In this document: positions 1 to 12,981 of the stretch, in pieces
How positions within the stretch are numbered: the stretch's first letter is position 1
How the letters are laid out: each line of letters starts with the position of its first letter
Origin: the human T2T-CHM13v2.0 reference genome, Homo sapiens
Length of the DNA stretch: 64,000 bases
Strand: one strand, 5' to 3'
Assembly (NCBI RefSeq): GCF_009914755.1
Contig: NC_060937.1
The notes under the pieces: model-generated
Databases searched by the model: none
Told to the model about the DNA's origin: nothing
The model's input: only the letters and a program-made list of their open reading frames with translations
Position numbers and translations under genes: made by a program

Positions 1-212
1 CTCCTCATGCACCCGCGCTGAGGAAAGGGCAACATGAGGACATAGTGAGATTGCGGCCATCTGCAAACCAGGAAAGAGGCCTTCACTGGAAACAGAATTG
101 GTTAGCACCTCTGTCAGTGGAATTCCAGCTTCCAGAACTTTGAGAAAATTAATTTCTGTGAAGTCACCCAGTCTGTGATATTTTGTTATGGAATACTGAG
201 CTGACTATTATA
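1..212 (+). mobile_element. MaLR LTR 3' part (MLT1/MST-like), truncated by window start
   Basis: ccagcttccagaactttgagaaaattaatttctg...cacccagtctgtgatattttgttatg...ctgactatta resembles the MLT1 LTR 3' end. Confidence 0.75.
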
Positions 213-789
213 TCGGGTCCTATGTTTTTGTAACAGTTTCTATGTTTTAAAATATTTTATTTGCATTTGCTTAAACCAAGTTTGTTACCCCTCTTATTTG
301 TTCTCCATCCCACCTTTCCTACTGTCGATGGTGCTACAGTGCTTCCAGATAATTTTAGGATCTGGTTCAGAAGAAGTATCTGGATTTTGTGGAATAAATA
401 TTTTTCTGTATCACAGACACTTCCACAGAAAATCAAATTTTTACTCTCTGTTTAATCTGGGAGTGCTTTCAGAAGTAATTATATTGCCCACAATCCCTAG
501 TCCATCGCTATTGTGCATGAGAAGTAGGGCTAGAAGAAATATCACAACATCAACGTGATACAACAAACTGCCTAGCATCAGTTATGAGGAGTCGATTAAA
601 TAGAAGAAACAAGATTCCACATGTTTGGAGCCAGAAGATAGTCTGTGAAAAATTATACTAATCATCAGGAATATAAAATAATATGCAAAAGATTGGTTCT
701 TATTGATGTCTAATCAAAAAGGAAGAAACGTTCAGTCAGGCATATACACTATAATGCATCATATGCCAGATAAGAAAAAAAAATAGATA

Positions 790-1628
790 TTTTTCTTTGT
801 GGGGGCATTGTATAAAGTAGAATTTGTCAGAAGCCTCGTATTTATAGGGCACAAGTTGGTATCATTAAAACAAATATTGAGTACGTCTGAGTGTGAGATC
901 ACACGTTTTATATATTACAACTTATTATTGTGTTGTGTCAGCTCATTGGCCAAAGATTTGTTTCTTGTTTGTTTGACACAAAATACTGACATTGACAAAG
1001 ATAATAGACAATTCATAATACAAATAACACTATCAGAGCATCAGTGACAAACTGGCTAATTAGTAGCATCAATTCAGCCAGTATATAAGAAGTCACCCCA
1101 AATGAAAATTTGCAGTGACTTGTTGTTTTGTAGTCTAAGTGGAAGAAATCTGGTAATAGTTTTCCCAAATTTAACAATAAGCCTGAATATTTGATAATGA
1201 TTTCAGTATTAACCTGTGAACCTGAATTGAACACTTTCTAAACTTGCTTCTCTTTGATAACAATAATAGTAATAAATGTAACAAATTTTAACAAGCATGC
1301 TAGAGGAAAGAGAAAACTAGTTTTCTGTAATTTATATAGAAAATTATATTATGAAATCATTGTCCTTTGAAGTAGTCATGAAATATGCCACCAATATTTT
1401 AGAAAAAATATATTCTACTCTTGTGTTGAGCTGTTTATTAATAAAAATGTTTTGTTATTTTTCCAAACTATATGAATTTTGTGGTATTTGTAATTGGTGG
1501 TGATTTACTTTCTCATGCTAAACTTTTATTCTTATGTAAGCTAGTAACATTAATTTTGAATTCTTTTTCTAAGAAGACTCCACAAATTGCATATGCTTCA
1601 GAAACCACAAACTCTAGATCCTCCCTTG
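790..1628 (+). mobile_element. hAT-Tip100 DNA transposon relic (Zaphod-like), 3' portion with degraded transposase dimerization domain
   Basis: Manual translation gives VFPNLTISLNI from 1159, then with frameshift SVLTCEPE, and TSMLEEREN*FSVIYIENYIMKSLSFEVVMKYA at 1291-1389, matching the hAT C-terminal dimerization motif. The end ...cacaaactctagatcctcccttg resembles the recalled Zaphod terminus. 5' boundary approximate. Confidence 0.7.
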
Positions 1629-2129
1629 CCTGTATCTCTACAAAATATCTATACCAATAATTACCATATGTTAAGAACCATAGAGAATATTATTTCTTCA
1701 ATTTTACAATTGAGTGGACTGAGTGGTTACCACATTTACACAAATAAGAATTGAATCGAATAATTGAATTGTCAATTGAATAGAGCTCATATCTGTCTAA
1801 CTCAAAAGTTTGAGCTGTATTTCTGTTAAATCCTGCTATATCTGATATACATGAATAGTTGGATTTTTTTCTATTGTTTGAGTCTCCGTTTTCAACTGTG
1901 TCCTTTTCTCAATTTGTGTTTCTTCTTACTCTCATTGTCCTGCCCAGCCTCCATCCCAGAGCTTGCCTTTTCTATTTATTTAATATATTATTATTTCTGT
2001 TTATTTAATATCTGGTTTTGTCTCACTTACCTCAGTCTGAGCCATTTCATCTCCCTGATCATTAAATCTTGAATATACATTCTCTAAGTATGGAAAAAGG
2101 TGATTACATTTATACACACATTTAAAAGA

Positions 2130-3663
2130 AAAAAAGTAGCTCTATTGAGATATAATTGATATACCAAAACTGTACTTATTTAATTAAGTGTACAAATTGA
2201 TGAGTTTGGACATATGCAAACAGCTGTGATGACATCACCACAATCAAGGAAGTAGACATATCCGACACCTCCCAAAGTATTCTTGTTTCTTTTTGTTTCC
2301 TTATGTCTTTTTGTTTTGTTTCCTTATGTCTTTTTGTTTTGTTTCTATGGTAAGAACACGACATGAAATCTACGCTCTTAGCAAATTTTGAAATACACAA
2401 TACCACCTTGGTTAACTGTAGGCACTATTTTTTACAACAGATATTAGGATCGTACTCAGTTGTATAATTGTAACTTTATACCGGTTGAATAACATCTCAC
2501 CATTTCTCCCACCACCCAGCCCCTGAAAACCAACATTCTATTTCTGGCTTCTATAATTTTAACTATTTTATATATTTTCTATAAGTGGAATCATTCAGCA
2601 TTTTTCTTCTGTGACTGACTGAATTCACTTAGCATAATATCATCCAGGTCCCACTATGTTGCTACAAATGGAAGGATAGATTTCCTTTTTCTTTAAGGAT
2701 GAATTATGTTCCATGATGTGTAGATACCACAGTTTCTTTATCTATTTTTATTCATTGGCCCATGGACACTTGGACAGTTTTCATGTCTTGGCTATTGTGA
2801 ATAATGGTGCATTGCAGTAAACATAGGCATGAAGATATCCCTTTGAGATCCTGATTCCTATTCCCTTGCATATTTACCCAGGAGAAAGATGGCAGGATCA
2901 TACCGTCGTTTCATTTTTAACTTTTCTGGGAACATCCATACTATGTTCCATAGCTGCCAAACCATTTTACATTCCCACCAACAGCATACAAGGATTCCAG
3001 TTTCTTCACATTCTCACCAATTATTATATTTTCTATTTCATAATAACCTTCCTAGCATATGTGAGGTGATATTTCATTGTACTGTAGTTTTCAACTACTT
3101 TTGCCCGATAATTAATGATGTTGAGCATTTTTTTCATATATCTCTTGGCCATTGGTATGTCTTCTTTTAAGAAATACCCATTTATGTCGTTTTCCCATCT
3201 TTAATCAGGTTGTTTCTTTGTTTTCCTTAGTTGTAGAGGTTCTTTATATAGTTTGAAAACTAACTTCCTTATCAGATACTTGGCTTGCTATTTTCCTTTT
3301 GTTGCCTGAGCTTTTGGTGTCATATCCAAGAAACAGTTGCCAAGACCAATGTCATAAAGCTCTTCCTCCATATTTCTTTGTGGGAGTTTTACAGTTGCAG
3401 GTCTTAAGTTTAAGTCTTTATTCCATTTGGTGTTGAATTTTGTGTATGGGGTGAGATAAGGGTCTGGACTTACTCTTTTGCATGTAGATATCCAGTTTGC
3501 CAAACATCATTTAATGAAGAGAGTGTCATTTCCCCATTGTGTGTTCCTGGCACCTTTGTCTAAGAGCAATTGACATTACGTGCATGAATTTATTTCTGGA
3601 CTTCCATTTTGTCCCATTGGTTTTTATGTCTGTCTTTGTGTGTCTCTGTGTGTGTGTGTGTGT

Positions 3664-3700
<37 letters not shown>

Positions 3701-3793
3701 AGTGCCATACTGTTTCATTACTGTAGCTTTGTAATATATTTTGAGATCAGGATGTGATATGCTTCCATCTTTGTTCTTTTTTCTCAAGATTAT
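2130..3793 (-). mobile_element. L1 (L1MA/L1MB-type) 3' fragment: end of ORF2 plus 3' UTR
   Basis: Minus-strand ORFs 3288-3503 (WISTCKR..PYLTPYTKFNTKW.KDLN) and 3590-3787 (KKNKDGSISHPDLKIYYKATV) are L1 ORF2 C-terminal peptides; L1M 3' UTR text begins near 2130. Confidence 0.9.
3647..3699. repeat. (TG)n microsatellite inside the L1
   Basis: Directly visible TG run with one interruption. Confidence 0.95.
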
Positions 3794-5694
3794 TAAATGG
3801 AAATAGTTATTATCCCAATATTTTCATATAAGGAACAGTTTATGAAGGGATAAATCTTGGCAAATTCAATTACATTGAAAAATTCTATATAGCCATTAAG
3901 GATCACAGCAAACTTTGGAAAGTAAGTTTGTCTGACTCCAATTACCAGACCTTTAACCAGAATGATATGCTAGTTTCCAGTTACTTTTAGATTTTGTTTA
4001 CAAAACAAAACTGGGTTTGAAGGAGACAAGTAAATATGAGCTCATGTGCTCATCCAATGATGCTGCCCAATGTAAATATGAATATTTCATGATGTAAGTC
4101 CACTCTTTCTGATTATAATTTAAGGAAGGTAAAAATCAAAGTTCAGAAACAGTATAATTCACACAAACGTAACATGGAAAAAAAAGTAATCCTACTGGAA
4201 ATTGTGATACATTACAGACAATAATATATAATTACAATCAGAGGAATAATATGAGCTTACTCAAATTCAGTGAAAAGGAATTTAAGCTTGATCTTTTCCT
4301 CATCTTTCTCCTCATGACATTTTTAACTTTCTGGAACCATCTTATATGTAAATGAGTTTCTATTATGATAGCTTTCATATGCATTGATGTTTCTATTTGT
4401 GCAGTGAAACATTGAACTCAAAATAGAAATAACATGTATCTCCCTGTAATTATGAATGAAGGCACGCAGATATATATTTTAAGTACAAGGCTTTTATTCC
4501 ACTAGATTAGAACTTTCAAGAACATGTGTAATGAAGGATAATTGTCCTTATTTATTTGCATTGCTGAACATGCTTAGTTGGGAGCCTGAATGCCAAGAAG
4601 AACTAATGACATTTTGAAAGTATTATTGTGTGTTGTGTTAGGTGTAAGGCATATTCTTATTTTGTTTTCAGAAAAATTTTAAATTAACAACAAAATTGTT
4701 CTATTTTTATTTTGGAAATTCTATCAAAACTACAGTTTTATTGAGTAGATTTGCCTAAAATTAGCCAATCTTATCAGATATATTTGCCTAGAATATGTGG
4801 TGTATACTTTTGGCTGATAAGATATAGTTGTCAAAAGTATATACCACATATTTGCCAGATATATTTGCATAAAATATGTGGAATATGTGGTATATATTTT
4901 GGTATGGATCTGCACATGTGTGTGTGTGCGTGCATGTTTGTATTGATTGACATATTTCTCATTCTCCACCAGAATACATATCTTTCTGGAAAGTATTGAT
5001 TTTCTATGTTTTATTGACCAGCCATACATTAATATGTAGAAAACTATGTATACATTTTATCAATTAAATAAACTATAGAAAAATTAAAGCTTTGTTATCT
5101 TGGGCTCTGCTTCTCTCTAGTTTTTCCAGTTTTATTCATTTCTATGTATTTACTAAGGAATGCAAATTATTTTAATTTTTAAATATTATTTAAAAGTACA
5201 TTTGATATACATATAAAAACTTAATTGGTTTCCTAATTTAAGTAATATTAAAGATGACTTTCTAGAACATTTGAATGTGAGTTAAAAAAGGAGAAATCAT
5301 TAACTTTGTAATATTTCTGACATCAAGTTTTCTATATACTTTCTTTGCTAAGATGAGTATTCTGCCATGGGAAAAATCATTTTTCTCTTCTTTGGCTGAA
5401 CTGTCCATCTTTGTTACCTAATTGGTTTGCTTGCCAGAATTAACTGACAAGGTTGTCTCTGGAAACATTATGTAAATTCTATCTGGCAGCTCTTTGTAAG
5501 CTAAATTGATAGCTATATAATATTGTTTAAGTGTTCAGTTCCCCAAATGGAAATATGCCATAATTTATTTCGAGTTCAGAATCATAGCATATTGCACCAA
5601 ATCACAGCAATATTGCACCAAAAAGTTTTGCATAGAAAAGATCCTGCATAAAACTATTTATTTGCTTGTAATAGCAGAATTATTTTCTGTTTTT

Positions 5695-6270
5695 GTTTTC
5701 GACTATTTTTGACATGGGATCTCACTCTATTCCCCAGGCTGCAGCGCAGTAGCATGATCACAGCTCACTGCAGCCTTGAACGCCCAGGCTCAAGCAGTCC
5801 TTCCATCTCAGCCTCTTGAGGAGCTAGGAATACATATGTGTGCTACTGCATCTGGGTAGTTATTTATTTTTTTGTCTGTTTATTTATTTATTTATTTTGA
5901 GACGGTGTCTTGCTCTGTTGCCCAGGTTGCAGTGCAGTGGCATGATCATAGCTGACTTAGCCTCAAACTCCCAGGTTCAAACAGTTCTCCCACTTCAATC
6001 TCCCGAGTAGCTGGAACCACAGGCATGTACCACGAAGTACTCATCCTGAGTTCAAGCAATTGCCTTGCCTTGGCCTCCCAGAGTGCTGAGATTATAGCTG
6101 TGAGCCACTGCACCTGGCTCTGGTTAATTTAAAAACTTTTTTTTTTTTTTTGGAGAGACAAGGTGTCACTATGCTGCCCAGACTGGTCATGAACTCTTGG
6201 GCTCAAACGATCCTCCTGCCTCAACTTCTGAAAATGCTGGAATTATAGATGTAAGCCAATACGTTAGGCC
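5695..6270 (-). mobile_element. AluJ with a second, internally deleted AluJ (about 5861-6120) inserted in its central A-rich linker
   Basis: Right arm 5712-5860, then an inner Alu with its own T-tail, then the host left arm 6121-6270; degenerate TSD tctgggtagtt / tctggttaatt. Confidence 0.85.
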
Positions 6271-6654
6271 TAAAAACAGTTATTTTTAATGGTGTTCTGA
6301 AAGCAATTTGGACTGTAATGTTGTATTTCGTATCATGTCATATGCACATTTATTTTGTATTGTCCTGGAAAAGTTTCAGTGTTTATACAAACTAAGAAAA
6401 TCTTGATTTTCCGAATCTGTGAAAGCCACATTACTCCCATTAGGCATGTCTGCTGGAATAGAGCCAGCAGAAGCAATGTGCCTTTTCAATGAACAATCTT
6501 TCTATGCATAATTTCTGTGATCTCATTTAAAATCCAAGGTTTCCTAGTGGTTTGGATAAATTTGAAATCTGTGCCTTATTGTTTTCTAGCTCATTCTGAT
6601 TTGGAGATGATAATTTATACCTGAATTATAAGGTTAAATAAATCAAGAGATTTA

Positions 6655-7035
6655 GTTATATATATTATAATTATATATTATATGATATATTATAAATATA
6701 TGATATATATTTATATAGATATATGATATATAATAAATATATATATATAAGTTGAATATATAACATTTCCTTTTACAAGTAAACATGCAAAGAATCTTCT
6801 AAATGAATCTTAAATTATGGTGCTTCCATAGTATGGGATGAGCAATAAAATTCTTTTAATTTGATGCAATTTTATTTATATAGTTTTTCACATGTAAGAT
6901 ATGAGGGTGAGAGATAATAAATATTATATAATATATATTTATATATACTTATATATATATTATATATGACATATTATATATTATATATGACATATATTAT
7001 ATATTATATATGACATATATTTTTATTATATATAT
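6655..7035. repeat. Two (TA)-rich low-complexity tracts (6655-6748, 6921-7035) enclosing a 175-bp duplicated segment
   Basis: Directly visible; enclosed 6748-6922 aligns to 8703-8878. Confidence 0.9.
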
Positions 7036-7289
7036 GTGTATTCCTCTGAAATTATGATTCTTCTCCTTTCCATGTATTCATTTTGAAGGACCTTTGGAAT
7101 GATTAGCAAAAACTGGAACAGGGAGTTGAATTCCTTTTTAAGTTTGTATTTTATTTTTCTGTCATACATTGTTTAATCAATGCTTTTCCTTTTGCTTTCA
7201 ATTACTCTATATATGAAAATTATCTGTTTTTTTGAATTCAAATGAAATATCACTTTCTTGATTTAAACATTAATGAGAATAATAAACAA

Positions 7290-7502
7290 AATAATAGCAA
7301 ACATATTATATGTACCACCTTCACTTTCACCAAGGGTTTCATATGCAAAATTTCATTAAATCCCAATCTCAACTATATGAACTAATTGTCATGTTACATC
7401 TCATCAGTACAGGTGTGGATAATGATATTTAGTGAATCTAAATAACTTGTCCATAGTTATACAGCTCAGGCACTTGACTCTACATGCATAGTATTAGCCA
7501 TC
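7290..7502 (-). mobile_element. MIR fragment
   Basis: aataatagcaaacatatta...tttcattaaatcc...aataacttgtccatagttatacagct resembles the MIR core, reverse orientation. Confidence 0.6.
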
Positions 7503-8702
7503 CCTCCCTCCTTATCATGTTATGCTCTAGTTATTTTGTGAGTATATTGTCCAGCTGTAATCTTTAAATTCTGTAGTGGGTGCATGATGAATATTAGGCA
7601 AATGAATAATCAAAAGGTTTTCAATATGAGGAATTTAGTATGTTCTCATATTTAACACGGGCTCTCTGTATTCAGTAAATGTTCCTGAAAATAGGGGCCA
7701 TTTTTGGGTAGAATGTCTGTCACTCAGGGTATCACATGTCCCTCGGGGCTCATATTCACATCTAGAAGAAATAATTCTTCAACAGAAACACAAACAAATA
7801 CTAAAAGGACTTTCAACAACATTTTTAGCAGTTCCATGAGCAGATTTGTCAGTGCTTACATCACAGTGATTTCAACTGAAATGAAAAAAGGTATTCAAAG
7901 CTTTACTTCACTATCAGTAACCTAAAAGAAACTTCATAGTTACAGGTGCTCTGCAGATAGACATCCCCTCTGGGCTACAAATGCAGGATATTCAAATTGC
8001 CAACTTCAAGAGATAGCTCAGAGGACATCACATTAAAAATAATGTTCTGGAAACTGACAATTATATGGAGAGAAATTTGAGGAAGCTGAGAATTTTGCAT
8101 GAGAGTTGATGAAACACTATTTTAAAATAATTATTGCAATCCATTTCCCCCCTTACTTGAGAAAACACAAGCTGTAGAACGAGTGAACAATTTTATTGAT
8201 AGAAGTACAATATCTACCACATAGATATTAGAAGGATTAAAATGTTAAGTTATCTACTTTGGACTATTGTAAAACAGCAATATAATCTGAGAATTGAAAA
8301 AAAAAATAAAATAATGACAAATACTTTTAATCCAAGAATTCTTTCAACATTAATTTTAATTAAAAACAAGTATAAAATATGTGTTCACATCTTGTATTGT
8401 TTATTTATATAACAAAATTAATAGACGCTATATTTTATGTAATTTTTTGAGAAATCTCTGGTTATTTGGTCAATTGACAACTGAAGTCTCTAGGGTTTTC
8501 TGGGGTGAAATGATTAGGTTTCTTTATTATTCACATGAAAGTCTATATTTTAGGCTTAATGGGACTGCTTTGGCCTCAAGAAAAATTGTTATTTCTGAAA
8601 GTAGAATATCTAGGGAAAATAAAAAGATCTCTAGGAATATTTTTGTTTTAAGTTTAAATAAGCTAATATAAAATGCTCATCAGCTGTATAAATTACTTTA
8701 TT

Positions 8703-8878
8703 TAAGTTGAATATATAACATTTCCCTTTACAAGTAAACATCCAAAGAATCTTCTAAATGAATTTTAAATTACGGTGTTTCCATAGCATCGGATGAGCAA
8801 TAAAATTCTCTTAATTTGATGCATTTTTAATTTATATAGTTTCTCAAATCTAAGATCTGAGGGTGAGCGATAATAAAT
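8703..8878 (+). repeat. Second copy of 175-bp direct repeat (about 91% identical to 6748-6922), continuing into a MIR-like fragment
   Basis: Manual alignment: about 14 substitutions and 1 indel. Confidence 0.9.
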
Positions 8879-10684
8879 TACTGAGACTGTAAATCACAGA
8901 CCCAATAAATGGCAGATCCTGAAATTTAACCTGTTTTCTAATGCTACCATCCATCTTATTTCTTGGATGGTTCTCTTTTTTTCTAACCTGCTCCTGCTAT
9001 TACCTATTAACCAAATATAGAGGAAATCACTTAAAATTGTGGTTTCTGCACCTATAGAAATGGAAAACTTGTGACTTATGACATTTAAAATCCCTTCAGA
9101 CTCTGGAAGAATATTAAAATGACTTAGATTTTAAAAATATCTCTGTTTTATTCCATGTGTTAGCAAAAACATATTAAAATCAAGGTCATACCAAAAGAGT
9201 GATAACGGTCGCTTACGTTCATTTATGGCCTAAAATTCTAGCAAGATCAATGAACTGGAAGTGAGTAGACTTAGAGACACAAAATAAGATATCCAGAGCT
9301 CAGGAGCACAATGATCCTACTAGAATTGGAGATAAATGATTAACCAAAAATATTAATTTATCTACTTTCCTGAAAAGCATCTTTCTCAATGAGGGTTTGC
9401 TTACTGGACTTTGCACACTTTGAATTATTTTTTTTTAACTATCTATGACTTCAGCATTTAGCTAGAGGTAATATTTACAGACTAGTTTTCATTTTCAAAA
9501 TGCTCTCACATATTTCACCTAATGCCATTCTATTATAATACTCTGAATTACATTTCATGAGGTTTAACTTCATTTTGCAGGTGCTGACTTTGATATGTTA
9601 AGAGAAAATGTATGTGAAATATTTACATATTCACTGGTATTTAATGAACAAGGTTTAGGTAAAATGTATGTCTTGCAGCTACTGGCAAGCTCCTCTCAAA
9701 TCAAACATTGCAATATGATTCTTTTGTTGAGATATAACACAATGTTTGAGGATTATGACTACTTATAATGTATTTTTAAAATTCAAATGAGATTATGAAG
9801 TTAGCTTTGTACACACAATTGAGAATCTTTTTGTAAATGCAAGTAAATTTAATTACCTTTGTAATATGTGCATGTTTCAAAGTAACTATCTTTAAGTCAT
9901 ATATTTTATCACTTGTTATACTAATACATTTAAGGTACTATTATGGGTATAGAATGTATTTACTTAGTCATATAGAATGCAATAACTGTGTAGTACAAAA
10001 GTCACTGCCCAGTACTCAAATAAACTAAATTTAAAACCAAAAAAAAAAACAAATTAAACCCTCAACTGATTAATATATGTTTAAGAGATGATTAACAAAC
10101 TCAGAGAGAAACTTGAATTTGGGATATAACTGGCTCCATATAATATATATTAGCATATATTAGCATCTTTGACATTTAGTCTAATGAATAATTCTCTAGG
10201 AGAATTATTCATTCATGATTTTCAGTGGAAGGATCATTCACCATTATTTCACTCCCAGTACAGTCATGTTTTCTCTACTTTTCATTTATAATATTTTCGT
10301 GGAGTATACAGATAAAGCTTTTTCCTCTTTCATTCTATCAGCCAGAATGCTATCAAATGGAATGAGTAAGTAACTGGGTAGAGATGCCTGGGGCTTTTCA
10401 TTTAAGGTCACTGAGAGGGCTGAGTGTTGTTATGTTGCTGTGTTGTGCTATGCAGGGATTTATTTATAATCTAGAGCATACACATCCACAAAGAGCTAAA
10501 ATCCCTGCTGTGTTCCCAATAAACATTTAACATATTCTGCTCCATTTACAATAGGACTGTAATCAGGGCTGTAGATGCTAGATCACCAGCACTGCATAGT
10601 TAGGGGTATACAGAGATATTGACACTCGTAGGTGAAAAACATAATTAAAGATATTTGCAGAAGAGTAGATTCCTTGTCATTCTT

Positions 10685-10880
10685 AATGAAGTAATGACAT
10701 ATTGTGCATAAGCTCTGGAGAAAGGACACATTCCTGTGCTCAAATGTCAGCACTGCTACTGATTTTAACTATTTTAGCTTGGTATATCAATAAAACGAAG
10801 GGTCACTTTTATCACTTGCAAAAATAGTAATTCCAAAAAGCATTATTTCTAAAATCTACTCAAATTCTAAAATTCAGTGA
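10685..10880 (+). mobile_element. MIR/MIR3 fragment
   Basis: gctctggag...tcaaatgtcagcactgctact...ttctaaaattcagtga pattern. Confidence 0.45.
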
Positions 10881-12199
10881 CTTTTCTTTTTTAGTTTAAT
10901 ATTTTAAAATGAATTACTTGTTTCTAATTATGTTTTCTTTGCAATGTATTTCAATAAATGTTGTAGAACAACATACAATGAAAGTGTGTGGCATTCTTTT
11001 ATCTTCCTTAATCAAGGTTAAGATCAGAAATTACAATCAAACCTTTTAGCTTTAAATGATCATCTTAATTTCTTATCAAGCTATTTTTGGAAGCAGTGAG
11101 GCTTAAAATACTATCATTGTAGCCATTATTTGTAATCCAAATGTTGAAATTTCTAGTATTCACTTACATACACACCAGCACAAATTAATATGTAGATAAC
11201 TGGGGTTATATTTTTAAAACCCTAGAAAGAAATGATTACATCACACATGGATTTTTGAGATACATGCCTGGAATTTGCATTTAGATGGCCTAGCCAAAGA
11301 AGGCACTAGACTGTGTCTCTCTTGATATCACAAATGTGTACAACATTCTTCAGATCAATAATGTAAGCATGTGTGGGTTTTGAATAAGTACATGCTTGGT
11401 AAATAATGGACTTTTAAAAATAGGTAATAGTCGATATATTTAACACTGATTCATATTGTACATTTTGTTCATTTGATTTGATTTTTTGGTTTGTTTTTAA
11501 GATTTTAATAAATAAATGATTTGACCCAATTTTCTTTCACTTCTCTAAGTATTAATTGTATTAGATGGCACTAGAATGAGCATAGGACTTGAGAACTATT
11601 CCCTAGTCTATTGCTCTACAAAGTTCCAAATCAATTAACCGTAGAAGCAAGGACTACTAAATTTGAATTACTTCTTTCTTTCTCCTATTAACTTTCTGAA
11701 TGACCTATAATTTTAGTTCAATTACACAAGTTGTATAAAACCCTTAAGATGAAATATAGAATATAAAAACTTTCCAATTTGTTAATTAAACAAATAACCT
11801 CATAATGTCAAAAATGAAAAAAAAAGTTTTTTATATGTTTTCTAAATAAGTAATTGTTTTCATCAATTACTTATTCACGTTTTGAAAATTTCTGAGACAT
11901 TTCTTCCTCCACACAAATGAAGTTTGGATTGCCTGCAAATGCTTACAGAATGGTAATTTAACACAAGTTCATTTGAATTTGATTTTCCCTTCAAAATTCC
12001 TACAAAACATCATTTTAGCATTGTTTTACAAGTGAGAAATTTGTAATCACAATTCTCAAGGAGTTGCGGCGTCAAAAGTTATGAATTTAAAGGTGTATTA
12101 AGACCAATCAAGCAGGCAGGCATCGAAAAATAAACATTGGTGCATCTATGACACAAAATATAGCCTATGCTCTCCTTAATTCTTCACAGTTATCACTTC

Positions 12200-12627
12200 A
12201 GTGTATTTGAGCTGGACTTCCAAATGTCAGTGTTCATTGTTTTTGCCTGAGGGCTTTCTCTGGCTATTGGGGCTCAATTTTCAGCACACACAGAGCCAAC
12301 CAGATGTGCTCACATTAAGGTATCCCAGGAGCGGCCCTCAGTCAATGACTGATGGAGGGCCAAGCACTGACATCCCAGCTCCCTTGTCCTGTGGGAGGAA
12401 CAACTGAAGTGCTTGTTGTATATCTGCTCTCACAGTTCTCCTGAAAGATTAAGCTCCAATTACCCACTGCAGTAGCTTGTCTGCTAATGCGATAATGTTG
12501 GTTTTTTGTCCTTCCTTGTCTCACTTCCTTATTCCTCGTCAGTGTTTCTTGGATCACTACTGAAATAAACTACTTCCATTCAAATATTCACCTCGGCATA
12601 TGCTTCTAGAAGAACTGAGAACCAACA
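12200..12627 (+). mobile_element. ERVL solo LTR (LTR16A-like)
   Basis: cccaggagcggccctcagtcaatgactgatgg...aaataaactacttccattcaaat...tgcttctag matches the recalled LTR16A. Confidence 0.75.
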
Positions 12628-12981
12628 TATCTTACTAAATGTGTTTAAGTTAAAATAAATAAAAACCTATAAAGGACAAGGTAAAATGCACACCTACTGT
12701 CATTTTGCTGCACTTCTTGTATCGTTACTAAAACATTTTAGTCACTACCTGCACACATGGTTCAGTTAGCAGCCTTTAACTCCATTTGGAACTGTTGTCA
12801 CAGAAGAGGTTAAAGCACATTGGCCTAATTTCTACTCAAATTAAAATCACTTTTAGGCTCATATATCCTGGATTTCACTTTATTTTCATTCCTATGCCTA
12901 AATGCCCAGAAAAGAGGCAATTAGTTAAACTGGCCTGAATTTTAGCTTATAAACACTACATACAAACATATTTCATCTACC

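Noticed and set aside
2285-2345. Short tandem duplications (also 5585-5622 and 62112-62165)
   Set aside because: Two-copy 20-25 bp slippage duplications, common and uninformative; not spacer-repeat (CRISPR-like) arrays.
3288-3787. L1 ORF2-like peptides as an active retroelement
   Set aside because: Short, frameshifted, 5'-truncated and interrupted by a TG repeat.
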